NCBI GenBank assembly: GCA_019244185.1
Contig: JAFATB010000004.1
Coordinates: 1 to 60,238 of the forward strand
Reading direction: 5' to 3'
DNA from: Acidobacteriota bacterium
Lineage (GTDB): Bacteria > Acidobacteriota > Thermoanaerobaculia > Gp7-AA8
Length of the DNA: 60,238 nucleotides
The translations under genes and the position numbers were made by a program. This document shows, one piece after another, positions 1-8,775 of this stretch. Positions within the stretch are counted from its first letter, which is position 1. Each line of letters starts with the position of its first letter. The notes beneath the pieces were generated by a model. It searched no databases, was not told the DNA's origin, and saw only the letters and a list, made by a program, of their open reading frames with translations.

Positions 1-147
1 GCCATCCAGCGCTACATCGAGGACGAGCTCTCCGAGTTCATGATCCGCAACAAGGACACGGTGCCCGAGCGGATCGAGTTCACGATGAACGGCGACGAAG
101 TCGTGCTGATCGCCGCGCCGAAGGATGTGGATCTGATCGCGAACTGA
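1..147 (+). CDS. Clp/Hsp100 ATPase (ClpC/ClpA-like), C-terminal fragment; 5' end outside the window
   Basis: Frame 1 reads AIQRYIEDELSEFMIRNK...DLIAN*, resembling the 'RAIQRYIEDPL' end of the ClpA/B/C D2-small domain. Confidence 0.65.
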   Translation, partial: AIQRYIEDELSEFMIRNKDTVPERIEFTMNGDEVVLIAAPKDVDLIAN

Positions 148-223
148 GGGCCGACCCCTTTGAGCCGGCCGTTTTTGCGGCACACGGCAGCCCACGCGCT
201 GCTGATTCGTCCCTCGCCGGCGC

Positions 224-273
224 CCGTTCGCCGCCGCAACGGTACCTTTCGCTGCACCGTGACGCGTTTTCGC
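224..273 (+). promoter_or_regulatory. Putative LytTR-binding direct repeats upstream of the sensor kinase
   Basis: CCGTTCGCCGC (224), CCTTTCGCTGCA (245) and a third TTCGC (269); the TTCGC core recurs every 21 bp. Confidence 0.55.
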
Positions 274-299
274 GGACCGTTGCGGCACACTACGGCGCC

Positions 300-1361
300 A
301 TGAAGCGATCGTGGCTCGGCTGGCTTGCTGCCGCCGCGCTCCTCTCGATCTTCGGCGTTGCCTCCGCGCTGCAGATCTGGACGAGCATGGCCGCGCACCA
401 TCATTCGATCGTGCGCATCGCGGTCTACCAGCTCATCGTCTGGAACATGTGGCTCGCCGCCGGTGCGCTGGTGCGCGCGTTCGCGCGGCGCGTGCCGCTC
501 GTGCCGCCGACGACGGGTGCGGTGCTGCTGCATGGGTTTTTCGCGCTCGGCATCTGCGTCACGCATGTGGCGCTGTGGGCGGCCGCCGAGGTGACCATCC
601 GCCCTTATGACGGGATGTCGGTCGTGAATTTCGGAAGTGCGTTCGTATGGATGGGCTATGCGAACTTTCTGACGGAAGGCCTGCTGTACGCCGGCGCGGC
701 GGCGAGCGCGTACGCGGCCGAGTACTACGCGCGCTATGAGGAGCGCGCGCGGCAGGCGGCGCAGCTGGAAGCGTCGCTCGCGGACGCGCGGCTGCACGCG
801 CTCGAACTGCAGCTCCAGCCGCATTTCCTCTTCAACACGCTCAACTCCGTCAGCGCGCTGGTGCGCACGAACCGCAACGGCGAGGCGGTGACGATGATCG
901 CCGGCCTCTCCGAGCTGCTGCGCTACACGCTCGATCATTCCGGCGTGCAGCGCGTCGCCCTCGAAGAGGAAGTGGGGATGCTCGAGCGCTACCTCGCCAT
1001 CCAGCAGAGCCGCTTCGCCGATCGCCTGCACGTCGCCGTCGATTTGCCGGACGATGCGAAGCGCGCGGCCGTGCCGACGCTCATCCTCCAGCCGCTCGCG
1101 GAGAACGCCGTGCGCCACGGCGTGTCGAAGTCCGCCGGGCCGGGACGCATCGAGCTGCGCGCCGCGCGCGAGGACGGCATGCTGCGCCTCGAGCTCTTCA
1201 ACAGCGGCACGCTCGACCCGGCATGGCGCAGCGGCATCGGGCTGCGCAACACGACCGCGCGTCTCGACAGTCTGTACGGCGAACGGCACCAGTTCGACAT
1301 CCGCCAGGACGGCGACGGCGTCGTGGTCTCGCTCGCGGTGCCGTGGAGCGAGGTGGCGTGA
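300..1361 (+). CDS. LytS/YehU-family membrane sensor histidine kinase
   Basis: About 4 N-terminal TM helices, LQPHFLFNTL H-box, LQPLAENAVRHG N-box, GIGLRN G-box. Confidence 0.93.
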   Translation: MKRSWLGWLAAAALLSIFGVASALQIWTSMAAHHHSIVRIAVYQLIVWNMWLAAGALVRAFARRVPLVPPTTGAVLLHGFFALGICVTHVALWAAAEVTIRPYDGMSVVNFGSAFVWMGYANFLTEGLLYAGAAASAYAAEYYARYEERARQAAQLEASLADARLHALELQLQPHFLFNTLNSVSALVRTNRNGEAVTMIAGLSELLRYTLDHSGVQRVALEEEVGMLERYLAIQQSRFADRLHVAVDLPDDAKRAAVPTLILQPLAENAVRHGVSKSAGPGRIELRAAREDGMLRLELFNSGTLDPAWRSGIGLRNTTARLDSLYGERHQFDIRQDGDGVVVSLAVPWSEVA

Positions 1362-2140
1362 GGGAGCGCGTCTACCGCGTGGTCATCGTCGACGACGAGC
1401 CGCTCGCGCGCGACTCCGTGCGCCATCTCCTCGCGCGCGATCCGGACGTCGTGGTCGTGGGCGAGGCGAGCGGGCCCGATGCGGTCGACGTCATCCGCCG
1501 CGCGCAGGCGGACATTCTTTTTCTCGACATCCAGATGCCGGAGCTCGACGGCTTCGAGGTGCTGGCGCGCCTCGCGCCCGCGCCGCTGCCGGTGGTCGTC
1601 TTCGTGACCGCGTTCGACCGCTACGCCTTGCGCGCGTTCGACGTCAACGCGGTCGACTATCTGCTCAAGCCGTTCGACGACGACCGCTTCGCGAAAGCGC
1701 TCGCGCGCGCGAAAGAGCTCGCGCGCACGCCCGCGGGCGGCGACCTCGCGCGGCAGATCGGAGAGCTGCTCGCCGACCGCGGACGACGCGAGCGGTACGC
1801 GCAGCGCTTCATGGTCCGCAGCCGCGACCGCACCATCGTCGTGTCCGTCGAGGATCTCGACTGGATCGAGGCCGCCGACTACTACGTCTCGCTGCACGCC
1901 GGCGGAAAGACGCACCTCATGCGGCAGACGATGGCCGAGCTCGAGGAGAAGCTCGATCCGGCGCGCTTCTTCCGCGTGCACCGCTCCGCGATCGTGAACG
2001 TCGAGCGCGTGCGCGAGGTGCATCCGCTGTTTCGCGGCGACTGCATGCTCATCCTCAACGACGGCACGCGGCTGAAGCTGAGCCGCACGCGCCGCGCGGA
2101 GTTCGAGCAGCTCTTCGACGCGCCGCGGGCGCGCGGCTGA
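1358..2140 (+). CDS. LytTR-family response regulator
   Basis: GTGA overlap with kinase stop; receiver motifs VDDEPLAR, FLDIQMP, DYLLKPF; LytTR motif FFRVHRSAIVN. Confidence 0.93.
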   Translation: MRERVYRVVIVDDEPLARDSVRHLLARDPDVVVVGEASGPDAVDVIRRAQADILFLDIQMPELDGFEVLARLAPAPLPVVVFVTAFDRYALRAFDVNAVDYLLKPFDDDRFAKALARAKELARTPAGGDLARQIGELLADRGRRERYAQRFMVRSRDRTIVVSVEDLDWIEAADYYVSLHAGGKTHLMRQTMAELEEKLDPARFFRVHRSAIVNVERVREVHPLFRGDCMLILNDGTRLKLSRTRRAEFEQLFDAPRARG

Positions 2141-2154
2141 GCCGCTGCACGCGC

Positions 2155-2187
2155 CGCTTCGCTGCAGAACGCGCGCGCTTCACTGCA
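2155..2187 (+). promoter_or_regulatory. Putative LytTR-binding direct repeat upstream of the DJ-1 gene
   Basis: CGCTTCGCTGCA (2155) and CGCTTCACTGCA (2176), 21-bp period. Confidence 0.65.
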
Positions 2188-2243
2188 CAACGACTGACAG
2201 GCCGCGTGCGCGCCCGCATTCTCCACGTCAGGAGAAATCGCCG

Positions 2244-3365
2244 ATGAAACGCATCCTGTTCGCAGTACTCGTTCTCATGACCGCGGTCGCCGCGCGCGCC
2301 GACCGCACGCCGTACACGCGCAACGTCGCCGTCGTCATTTACGAAGATGCCGAGCCGCTCGACTGGACCGGACCGTACGAAGTCTGGAACGACGCCAGCG
2401 AGTTCGGCTCCGTGAGCGGCGCGAAGGCGTTTCACGTCTACACCGTCGCCGCGACGAAGGCGCCGCTCAATGCGCAAGGTCTCAAAGTCATCCCCGATTA
2501 TTCGATCGACGACGCGCCGAAGCCCGACGTCATCATCATCCCCGGCGGCGCGATCCAGCACGTCACCGAGAACGCCGCGTTCATGAAGTGGCTCAAGTCG
2601 TCGGCGGAGGGCTCGGAGATCACGCAGACCGTCTGCACCGGAGCGTTCGCCGTCGCCGAGACGGGCCTCCTCGATCACCTGCAGGCCACGACCTGGTACA
2701 ACGCCGTCGAGCCGCTGCAGAAACAGCATCCGCAAATTCAGGTCATCGCCGGACGCCGCTTCGTCGACAACGGGAAGTTCGTGACCACCGCCGGCATCTC
2801 CGCCGGCATCGACGGTTCCCTCCATCTCGTCGCCCGTCTCCTCGGCCGCAAGGTCGCCGACGACGTCGCGCGCTACATGGAGTACCACTGGACGCCGGAG
2901 TCGTATCTCGCGAAGAACTACCAGTACCTCAATCCGAGCACCGACGACCGCGGACGTTTGATCCAGACCGCGGAGATGCGCCGCGACGAGAAGAACTTCG
3001 CCGATGCCGCGGCGATCTATCGGAAGCTCCTCGGCGAGGATGCCGCGAACGACGAGCTCTGGTTCGCGCTCGGCCGCACGCTGCAGCAGACCGACGATCA
3101 CGCCGGCGCCGCCGCGGCGCTCGTGCACGCGAGCGAGGCGAGCGGCCATCGCGGCTCGTGGTCGGCGTATCTCGCGGCCGTCGAATTCGCGAAGGCGGGG
3201 CAGAAGGATCGCGCGGTCGAGTTGCTCGTGAAGGCGTGGAACGCCGGCCATCACGAGCTCGACGCGATCAACGCCGAGCCGGCGCTGGCGGGCGTCCGCG
3301 TCGACAGCCGCTTCACCGCCGCCGTCGCGCACACCAGCACGACCGCGAGTGCGAGCGCGAAGTAA
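2244..3365 (+). CDS. Secreted DJ-1/PfpI-family protein with C-terminal TPR-like helices
   Basis: Signal peptide MKRILFAVLVLMTAVAARA; motifs EPLDWTGP, IPGG, VCTG (catalytic Cys), TTAGISAGID; TPR-like tail; SD AGGAG. Confidence 0.85.
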   Translation: MKRILFAVLVLMTAVAARADRTPYTRNVAVVIYEDAEPLDWTGPYEVWNDASEFGSVSGAKAFHVYTVAATKAPLNAQGLKVIPDYSIDDAPKPDVIIIPGGAIQHVTENAAFMKWLKSSAEGSEITQTVCTGAFAVAETGLLDHLQATTWYNAVEPLQKQHPQIQVIAGRRFVDNGKFVTTAGISAGIDGSLHLVARLLGRKVADDVARYMEYHWTPESYLAKNYQYLNPSTDDRGRLIQTAEMRRDEKNFADAAAIYRKLLGEDAANDELWFALGRTLQQTDDHAGAAAALVHASEASGHRGSWSAYLAAVEFAKAGQKDRAVELLVKAWNAGHHELDAINAEPALAGVRVDSRFTAAVAHTSTTASASAK

Positions 3366-3371
3366 CGCGCG

Positions 3372-3899
3372 TCAGACGAGACGGAACGGAATCGCTGGCG
3401 AGTCGGATGCGATTCGCCAGTGATCCGGATCCTCGTAGTCGTACGCGCGGTCGACGAGGTTCATGAGGATCATCGGGCCGCTGCCGCTGTTCTGCACGCC
3501 GTGCCACACGCGCGGCGGCACGGTGACGAGCGCGGGACGGATCGTGCCGAAGCGGAACTCGTTCACGACGCCGCGCGTCGGCGAGCCGTCCCGGCCGTCG
3601 TACAGCACGATGCGCGCGCTGCCGTACGCGACGAAGAGCCGGTCGGTGGTCGCCGCGTGCGTGTGCCACGCCGAGATCGCGCCCGGCTCGAGCACCACCT
3701 GAAACACCTGATCGATGTGCGCGTTGCCGTCCGCCCACGACGTGCGGAAGAGCTCCGTGAGATAGCCGTTGCTCTTCGGGACGTTGAGCACCTCGCGCAC
3801 GGTGACGCCGTCGATGAGCTGCATCGACGCGGGCGTCCAGCGGGCGGTGATCGTTTGCGCGTCTTTCGTCGCGCCGGGCAGTAGCCAGCTCTCAGGCAT
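3372..3899 (-). CDS. dTDP-4-dehydrorhamnose 3,5-epimerase-like cupin (RmlC family)
   Basis: IDGV..., GYLTELFR, AWHTH, DGRDGSPT, VPPRVWHG, YDYEDPD. Confidence 0.8.
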   Translation of the reverse strand: MPESWLLPGATKDAQTITARWTPASMQLIDGVTVREVLNVPKSNGYLTELFRTSWADGNAHIDQVFQVVLEPGAISAWHTHAATTDRLFVAYGSARIVLYDGRDGSPTRGVVNEFRFGTIRPALVTVPPRVWHGVQNSGSGPMILMNLVDRAYDYEDPDHWRIASDSPAIPFRLV

Positions 3900-4809
3900 T
3901 CGAGTCTCCCCGCCGCGGCAGCGGCGACAGTCCGCGCGTTCCGCGGAGCCGATCGATGAAGCCTCCGCGGCGCCCGTGACGAAGTGCGTGGACGATGCTG
4001 TACGGATGGATGCCCGCGGCGAGCAGCACGCGCTTCACGAGCGACAACGCCAAGCCGGTGACCGGTCGCCGCTGATTGCGCGCGAGCTCGCGTGCCGCCG
4101 CGATGGCGAGCGCGCGCTCGACGAAGTGCGGATCGTCGTGCAACTCGCGCGCGATGCGGGCGTTGTCCGGCGCGTCGCGTTGCGCGTAGCTGTTCTTGCG
4201 CAGCCCCGAGCTCACGGCGACGACGGTCGCGCGCGGAATGCCGATCAGCTTCCGGCGCTGCTTCCACGCGCGGAAGATCCACTCGTGCGACGGCGCGAGG
4301 AAGAGCTCGCGCGCGGAACGCCACGGCCCGACGGCATCGAAGAGCTCGCGGCGGAACAGCCAGCTCGACGCCGGCACATGCATCCACGGCCCGTACGCGC
4401 CCGCGCCGCCGGTGAGATGCCACCTGTCGCTGCTGAAGTACGACACGAGCTCCATCGTGAAGACGAGATCGGCCGCGTGCTCTTCGATCGCGGCGAGGCA
4501 GACGTCGAGATGCTCCGGCGTCCAGAGATCGTCGTGATTGAGGAACGCGACGTAGCGGCCGCGCGCGCGGCGCACGCCTTCGTTGTTCGGCGCGGACTGC
4601 TCGCCCGCGTTCATCGCGAGATTGACGAACTGCACGCGTGCGTCGCCGAACGAGCGCACGACGTCTTCAGTGTCATCCGTACACGCGTCGCCGATGACGA
4701 GCAGCTCGAAGTCGGTGAAGCGCGAGGCGAGCACCGACTCGATCGTGTGCCGCAGCACGCCGCTGCGGTTGTACGTCGCGGTGACGATGGAAACAGTCGG
4801 TGCAGGCAT
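3892..4809 (-). CDS. Glycosyltransferase family 2
   Basis: Start MPAPTVSIVTATYNR; IGDACTDDT and AFLNHDDLW GT-A motifs. Confidence 0.88.
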   Translation of the reverse strand: MPAPTVSIVTATYNRSGVLRHTIESVLASRFTDFELLVIGDACTDDTEDVVRSFGDARVQFVNLAMNAGEQSAPNNEGVRRARGRYVAFLNHDDLWTPEHLDVCLAAIEEHAADLVFTMELVSYFSSDRWHLTGGAGAYGPWMHVPASSWLFRRELFDAVGPWRSARELFLAPSHEWIFRAWKQRRKLIGIPRATVVAVSSGLRKNSYAQRDAPDNARIARELHDDPHFVERALAIAAARELARNQRRPVTGLALSLVKRVLLAAGIHPYSIVHALRHGRRGGFIDRLRGTRGLSPLPRRGDSNA

Positions 4810-4863
4810 CGATGGAACGGGCACGAAGCTGGACGCGGGCAGGATGCCATAGAATTCTCCGTC

Positions 4864-5241
4864 ATGCCGCTGGTTCGCGTCACGCTTCGCAAAGGCCGCT
4901 CGTTCGCATTCGTTCACGAAGTCGGGGAGGCCATTCACGCCGCGCTCGTGTCGCAGGCGAACGTGCCCGCCGACGATCGCTTTCAGGTCTTCGATGAAGT
5001 CGATGCCGATCGCCTGATCGCGCATGCGACGTACGGCGGCGTGGAACGCTCGCCGGAGCTGCTCATCATCGAGATCACGCTCAACGCCGGACGCACCGTC
5101 GAGATCAAATCGAATCTCTACGCCGACATCGTGCGCCGCCTCGGCGAGCACGGCGTGCGTCCGGACGACGTGCTGATCGCGCTCGTCGAGGTGACGAAAG
5201 AGAACTGGTCGTTCGGCGGCGGGCGCGCGACGTACGCGTGA
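4864..5241 (+). CDS. Tautomerase-family protein (4-OT/MSAD-like)
   Basis: N-terminal Met-Pro (catalytic Pro1), GRTVEIK, ENWSFGGG. Confidence 0.88.
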   Translation: MPLVRVTLRKGRSFAFVHEVGEAIHAALVSQANVPADDRFQVFDEVDADRLIAHATYGGVERSPELLIIEITLNAGRTVEIKSNLYADIVRRLGEHGVRPDDVLIALVEVTKENWSFGGGRATYA

Positions 5242-5252
5242 GACGCGTGAAG

Positions 5253-5286
5253 CGCGTCATCCCGCGCCGGAGCGCGGGATGACGCG
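5253..5286. repeat. REP-like palindrome or bidirectional terminator between convergent genes
   Basis: CGCGTCATCCCGCGC-CGGA-GCGCGGGATGACGCG, a perfect 15-bp stem containing CGTCATCC...GGATGACG as in CGTC-type REPs. Confidence 0.6.
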
Positions 5287-5297
5287 AGCGAATCGCG

Positions 5298-7103
5298 CTA
5301 CTTGAGGAAGGCCGTGAAGTCGGTCGATCCCGCCATCGTGCCGAACGCGCTCGTGTACGTCTTCGCCGTGCCTTTCGTCGTGTCGGTGACCGTGACCTCG
5401 ACGCGCAGCGGCGTCGCCAGGCCGTAGAGCACCGCGATGGTCGGGTGGCCCTGGCCGTCGGTGTTGCCCTGGTCGAGGATCTTGATCAGCATCTCGATGT
5501 TGCTCGAGCTGTTGAAGTAGAAGAAGCCGGTCTCGAAGTTCGACGTGGCAAAGCCGGTCACCGTCTTCACGTTCGCCGGCGTGTCGGCGGGGTTGTTGTC
5601 GAAGCCGCCGCGATACTTCACCTCGACCTTGAAGCGATTGTTGAGCATGCACGCGGCGGTCGTCGACGGCGTGCACGTCGTCGGACCGCTGCTCGGCGCG
5701 AGCCACTGCTGGACGTGCGGGAACGTGACGCGGAAGGCGCCGTCGACGCTGTTGTTGCCGCGGTCGCAGTCGTCGTCCGGGTTCGGTCCGCACGCGCCGT
5801 TGAGCTGGCCGACGACGCTGAGATCGGCGAGGTAGAGCGGCGAGCCCGAACTGCCGCCGGCGGTGCCGCTCACGACGTCCTTCTCGTAGATGAAGTTGCC
5901 GCGCGGGAGGTCGGCGCTGCAGACCGGCCCCGTGAGGGTGACTGACTCGCGCGCGTAGAACTGCGTCGCGCCGAGCGGGTGATGGAGGCGGTAGAGCGTC
6001 GTGCCGGACGCCTGCGAGTAGTCGGTCTGTCCGTCCCAGCCGAGGAAGACCGCGTTCGACGGCGCGGCCTGATTGAGCTGCACCAGCGTGTAGTCGCTCG
6101 TGGTGCCGGTGGAGAGCAGCGTCGAGCCGAGCGCGCGCGGGAAGAGCGCGCGGTTCGGGTAGACGTTCGCGTCTTCGCAGTTGACGGTGAGGTACTGGAA
6201 CGTCGCCTCGAGCGAGGTCGCCGAGGTCTGCGAGTCGAAGCAGTGATTCGCGGTGAGGAGATACGGCGTGCCGTCGAGGCGCGTGTTGTTGAGCAGGCCG
6301 CCGGTGCAGACGTACGCGACGCCGCCGTCGACGAAGTGCAGCTGCGCCACGGCCTTCTCGGCGTTCGGCAGCTGCGCGAACTCGTTCGTGTCGATGCAGC
6401 GCACGTCGAGCAAACACGAGTCGTCGTGCGTGCCGATCGGCGCGTCCGCGGCGGCGATCGCCTTCGACTCGATGTGCACGACGGACTTCACGCGCAGGTT
6501 CGCCTGCGACGCCTCGGCCGCACTGAACTGCACTTCGAGAAAGATCTCGTCCGCGTAAATCGTGTTCGTCCAGAACGTGCCGCCGTTGATCTGCGCGCTC
6601 GTGTACGGGCCGTGCACTTCGCCCGTCTCCGCGTAGACGTACGCGCGCGCGTTCTCGGGCAGCGTCCCTTCGAGCTCGAGGCGCAGCGCGCCGGCGTGCT
6701 CGGAACGGAAGCCCGCGGTCCAGAAGAGCGTCTCGTTCATCCGCTCGAGCAGGCCGCCCTGGAGACGCATACCGTCGTTCGGCTTGACGTCGTTCAAGAG
6801 GCCGGCGAGCTCGACGCGCATCGAGAGCGGACGCGTGACGCCGACCTTCAGGCCGCGCGTCGACTTGTCCTTGCTCTCGAGCGCCTGGCGCTCGGCCGCG
6901 GTGAGCGGGCCGAGGTTGTGGCGGTCGGCGGCGGAGAGCTTCTGCGACGAGAACAGCAGCTGCGCGACGTCGGCGCGCGCCGCCGAGGTCGCGGCGGCCG
7001 GCGAGCCGTACAGCGGCCCGAGTTTCGTGACGGGATCGGCGTGAACGAACGAGGCACCCGCGAACGCGAGCAGCATCATCAGCACGGTTTTGCGATGCGA
7101 CAT
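5298..7103 (-). CDS. Secreted trypsin-like serine protease (lysyl endopeptidase-like) with an extra C-terminal beta domain
   Basis: SD AAAGGAG before MSHRK; signal peptide and long pro-region; catalytic triad TANHC / SDYTL / GGSSGSP; about 125-aa C-terminal domain. Confidence 0.88.
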   Translation of the reverse strand: MSHRKTVLMMLLAFAGASFVHADPVTKLGPLYGSPAAATSAARADVAQLLFSSQKLSAADRHNLGPLTAAERQALESKDKSTRGLKVGVTRPLSMRVELAGLLNDVKPNDGMRLQGGLLERMNETLFWTAGFRSEHAGALRLELEGTLPENARAYVYAETGEVHGPYTSAQINGGTFWTNTIYADEIFLEVQFSAAEASQANLRVKSVVHIESKAIAAADAPIGTHDDSCLLDVRCIDTNEFAQLPNAEKAVAQLHFVDGGVAYVCTGGLLNNTRLDGTPYLLTANHCFDSQTSATSLEATFQYLTVNCEDANVYPNRALFPRALGSTLLSTGTTSDYTLVQLNQAAPSNAVFLGWDGQTDYSQASGTTLYRLHHPLGATQFYARESVTLTGPVCSADLPRGNFIYEKDVVSGTAGGSSGSPLYLADLSVVGQLNGACGPNPDDDCDRGNNSVDGAFRVTFPHVQQWLAPSSGPTTCTPSTTAACMLNNRFKVEVKYRGGFDNNPADTPANVKTVTGFATSNFETGFFYFNSSSNIEMLIKILDQGNTDGQGHPTIAVLYGLATPLRVEVTVTDTTKGTAKTYTSAFGTMAGSTDFTAFLK

Positions 7104-7212
7104 GGAGGCTCCTTTGTTGGGAACGGCTGGACGATCTTCGTGCCTAACGCTTCTTCCGGTCAATCCATTCGCGTGCACGCGACGGAGACGCTGCGGTCAA
7201 GCGGCGCGGGTC

Positions 7213-7698
7213 TCAGCGGTTCCGGCGGACGATCTCGGCATTGAGATATCCGGCGAAGAGCACCCACGCGAGGTACGGCACGAACAGCAGGGCCGCGGGG
7301 CGGTCGACGTCGTTCGCCTTCCGCACGAAGGCCGACTGCGCCGCGAGCAGCGCGAGCAGATCGACGAGGGAGACCTCCGGCTGTTTCAGGCCGAAGAACA
7401 GCGGACTCCACGCCGCGTTGAGTCCGAGCTGCGCGAACCACCAGCGCAAGGCCGCCTCGCGCGAGCGGCTTTCGGGAGCGCGCCAGACGCGGTACGCGGC
7501 GACGGTCATCGCGGTGTAGAGCGTCGTCCACACCGGAGCGAAGACGGCGGGCGGAGGATTGAGCGGCGACTTCCGCTGCCGTTCGTACCAGCGTCCCGTT
7601 GCGGTTCCGGGCGCGGGATTGAAACGCGCGCCGAGGAGCGCGGCGGCAGCGACGGTGCCGCCGAATCCGGCAGCGGCGAGGATCGATTTCCGCTTCAT
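7213..7698 (-). CDS. tspO: TspO/MBR tryptophan-rich sensory protein
   Basis: WY..KSPLNPP.AVFAPVWTTLY, QLGLNAAWSPLFFG, PYLAWVLFAGYLN. Confidence 0.93.
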   Translation of the reverse strand: MKRKSILAAAGFGGTVAAAALLGARFNPAPGTATGRWYERQRKSPLNPPPAVFAPVWTTLYTAMTVAAYRVWRAPESRSREAALRWWFAQLGLNAAWSPLFFGLKQPEVSLVDLLALLAAQSAFVRKANDVDRPAALLFVPYLAWVLFAGYLNAEIVRRNR

Positions 7699-7750
7699 CG
7701 CCACGGACGCAATGCAAGGAAGGCAGCTTCAGCCGTGCGCGAAGCGTTCG

Positions 7751-8656
7751 TCAGCGCTTCTTGCGGTCGATCCATTCGCTCTTCGCGCGGCCGTCGGCGT
7801 CGTAGAAGCGGACGCGCATGCGATGCGCGTCGATCTCCACGACGGCGAAGCCGATGCGCTCGCGTGAGATCTCGGTCGGATAGACGGTCGTCGCGCGCAG
7901 CTTCACCGGCGGGATCGGCTCCGAGCCCGCGCCGCTGACGAGCAGCAGCATGCGGCCGCGGATCAGCTCGAGATGATGATCGTGTCCGCAAAAGTACGCG
8001 TCCAGCCGCGCCTTGCGCACCGCCGGAATCAGCGCGCGCATGCGATGCACTTCGCTGCGGGGGAAGTAGCCGTGATAGCCGGACGAGAGCAGGGGATGAT
8101 GGCCGACGGCGATGCGCCACGGCGCGCCGCCGCCTGGTGAGTCGAACGCTGAGGCGATCGCGCCGGCGACGTCGTTCGCCTCGCCCTCGACGTACGGCGT
8201 CGTATCGAGAAAGAGCAGTTCCGCGACGGCGCTGCGCACGCGGTACTGCCGCGCGGGGAACTGCCAGTGCGGTACGACGCCGGTCGCGCGGATCTGCGCG
8301 TCGGGATCGGAGCCGCCGCACGAATCGTGATTGCCGAGGACGGGAAAGACCGGCGGACCGATGCGCGTGAGCGGCAGCACGAGACTCCAGCGCGAGTCGT
8401 GCTCGGAGCCGATGCCGCATGGATAAAAGTTGTCGCCGGTGAGCACGATCGCGTCGAGCGGCTGCTCCGCGTGCACGCGCGCGATTCCTTTGGCAACGGT
8501 CTCCGCGCCGCCGCCGGTATCGCCCGCGACGGCGAGGCGCAGCGTCGCGCCGCGCATCGACAGCGGCACGACGGGCAGCTCGCGCGCGGCGACGACGTTC
8601 CCAGTGAAGGCAAGCGTGACGAACGTGAGAACGAGCGTCAGCGAGCGCGTGCGTAT
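7751..8656 (-). CDS. Metallophosphoesterase (purple/tartrate-resistant acid phosphatase-like); start uncertain
   Basis: GDTG, GDNFY, GNHD, GHHP, GHDH motifs; an in-frame signal-peptide-like stretch extends upstream of GTG 8569 to ATA 8656. Confidence 0.85.
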   Translation of the reverse strand: MRTRSLTLVLTFVTLAFTGNVVAARELPVVPLSMRGATLRLAVAGDTGGGAETVAKGIARVHAEQPLDAIVLTGDNFYPCGIGSEHDSRWSLVLPLTRIGPPVFPVLGNHDSCGGSDPDAQIRATGVVPHWQFPARQYRVRSAVAELLFLDTTPYVEGEANDVAGAIASAFDSPGGGAPWRIAVGHHPLLSSGYHGYFPRSEVHRMRALIPAVRKARLDAYFCGHDHHLELIRGRMLLLVSGAGSEPIPPVKLRATTVYPTEISRERIGFAVVEIDAHRMRVRFYDADGRAKSEWIDRKKR

Positions 8657-8775
8657 CGCGGACGCGCGTGTAGAATGCGCCGCGTTTTCCCGGTGTTCAG
8701 GCGTGGGCGTGACCTCCCGGCCGGTCGTGCGTCACAGTCAAGGAACTCTAGTCCTGTAGCTCTCGAACTGTCTTT

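Noticed and set aside
8742-8767. GGAACT...TCGAA as a sigmaE-type promoter for bamA
   Set aside because: It is biologically plausible, but the spacing is shorter than consensus and the support is insufficient.
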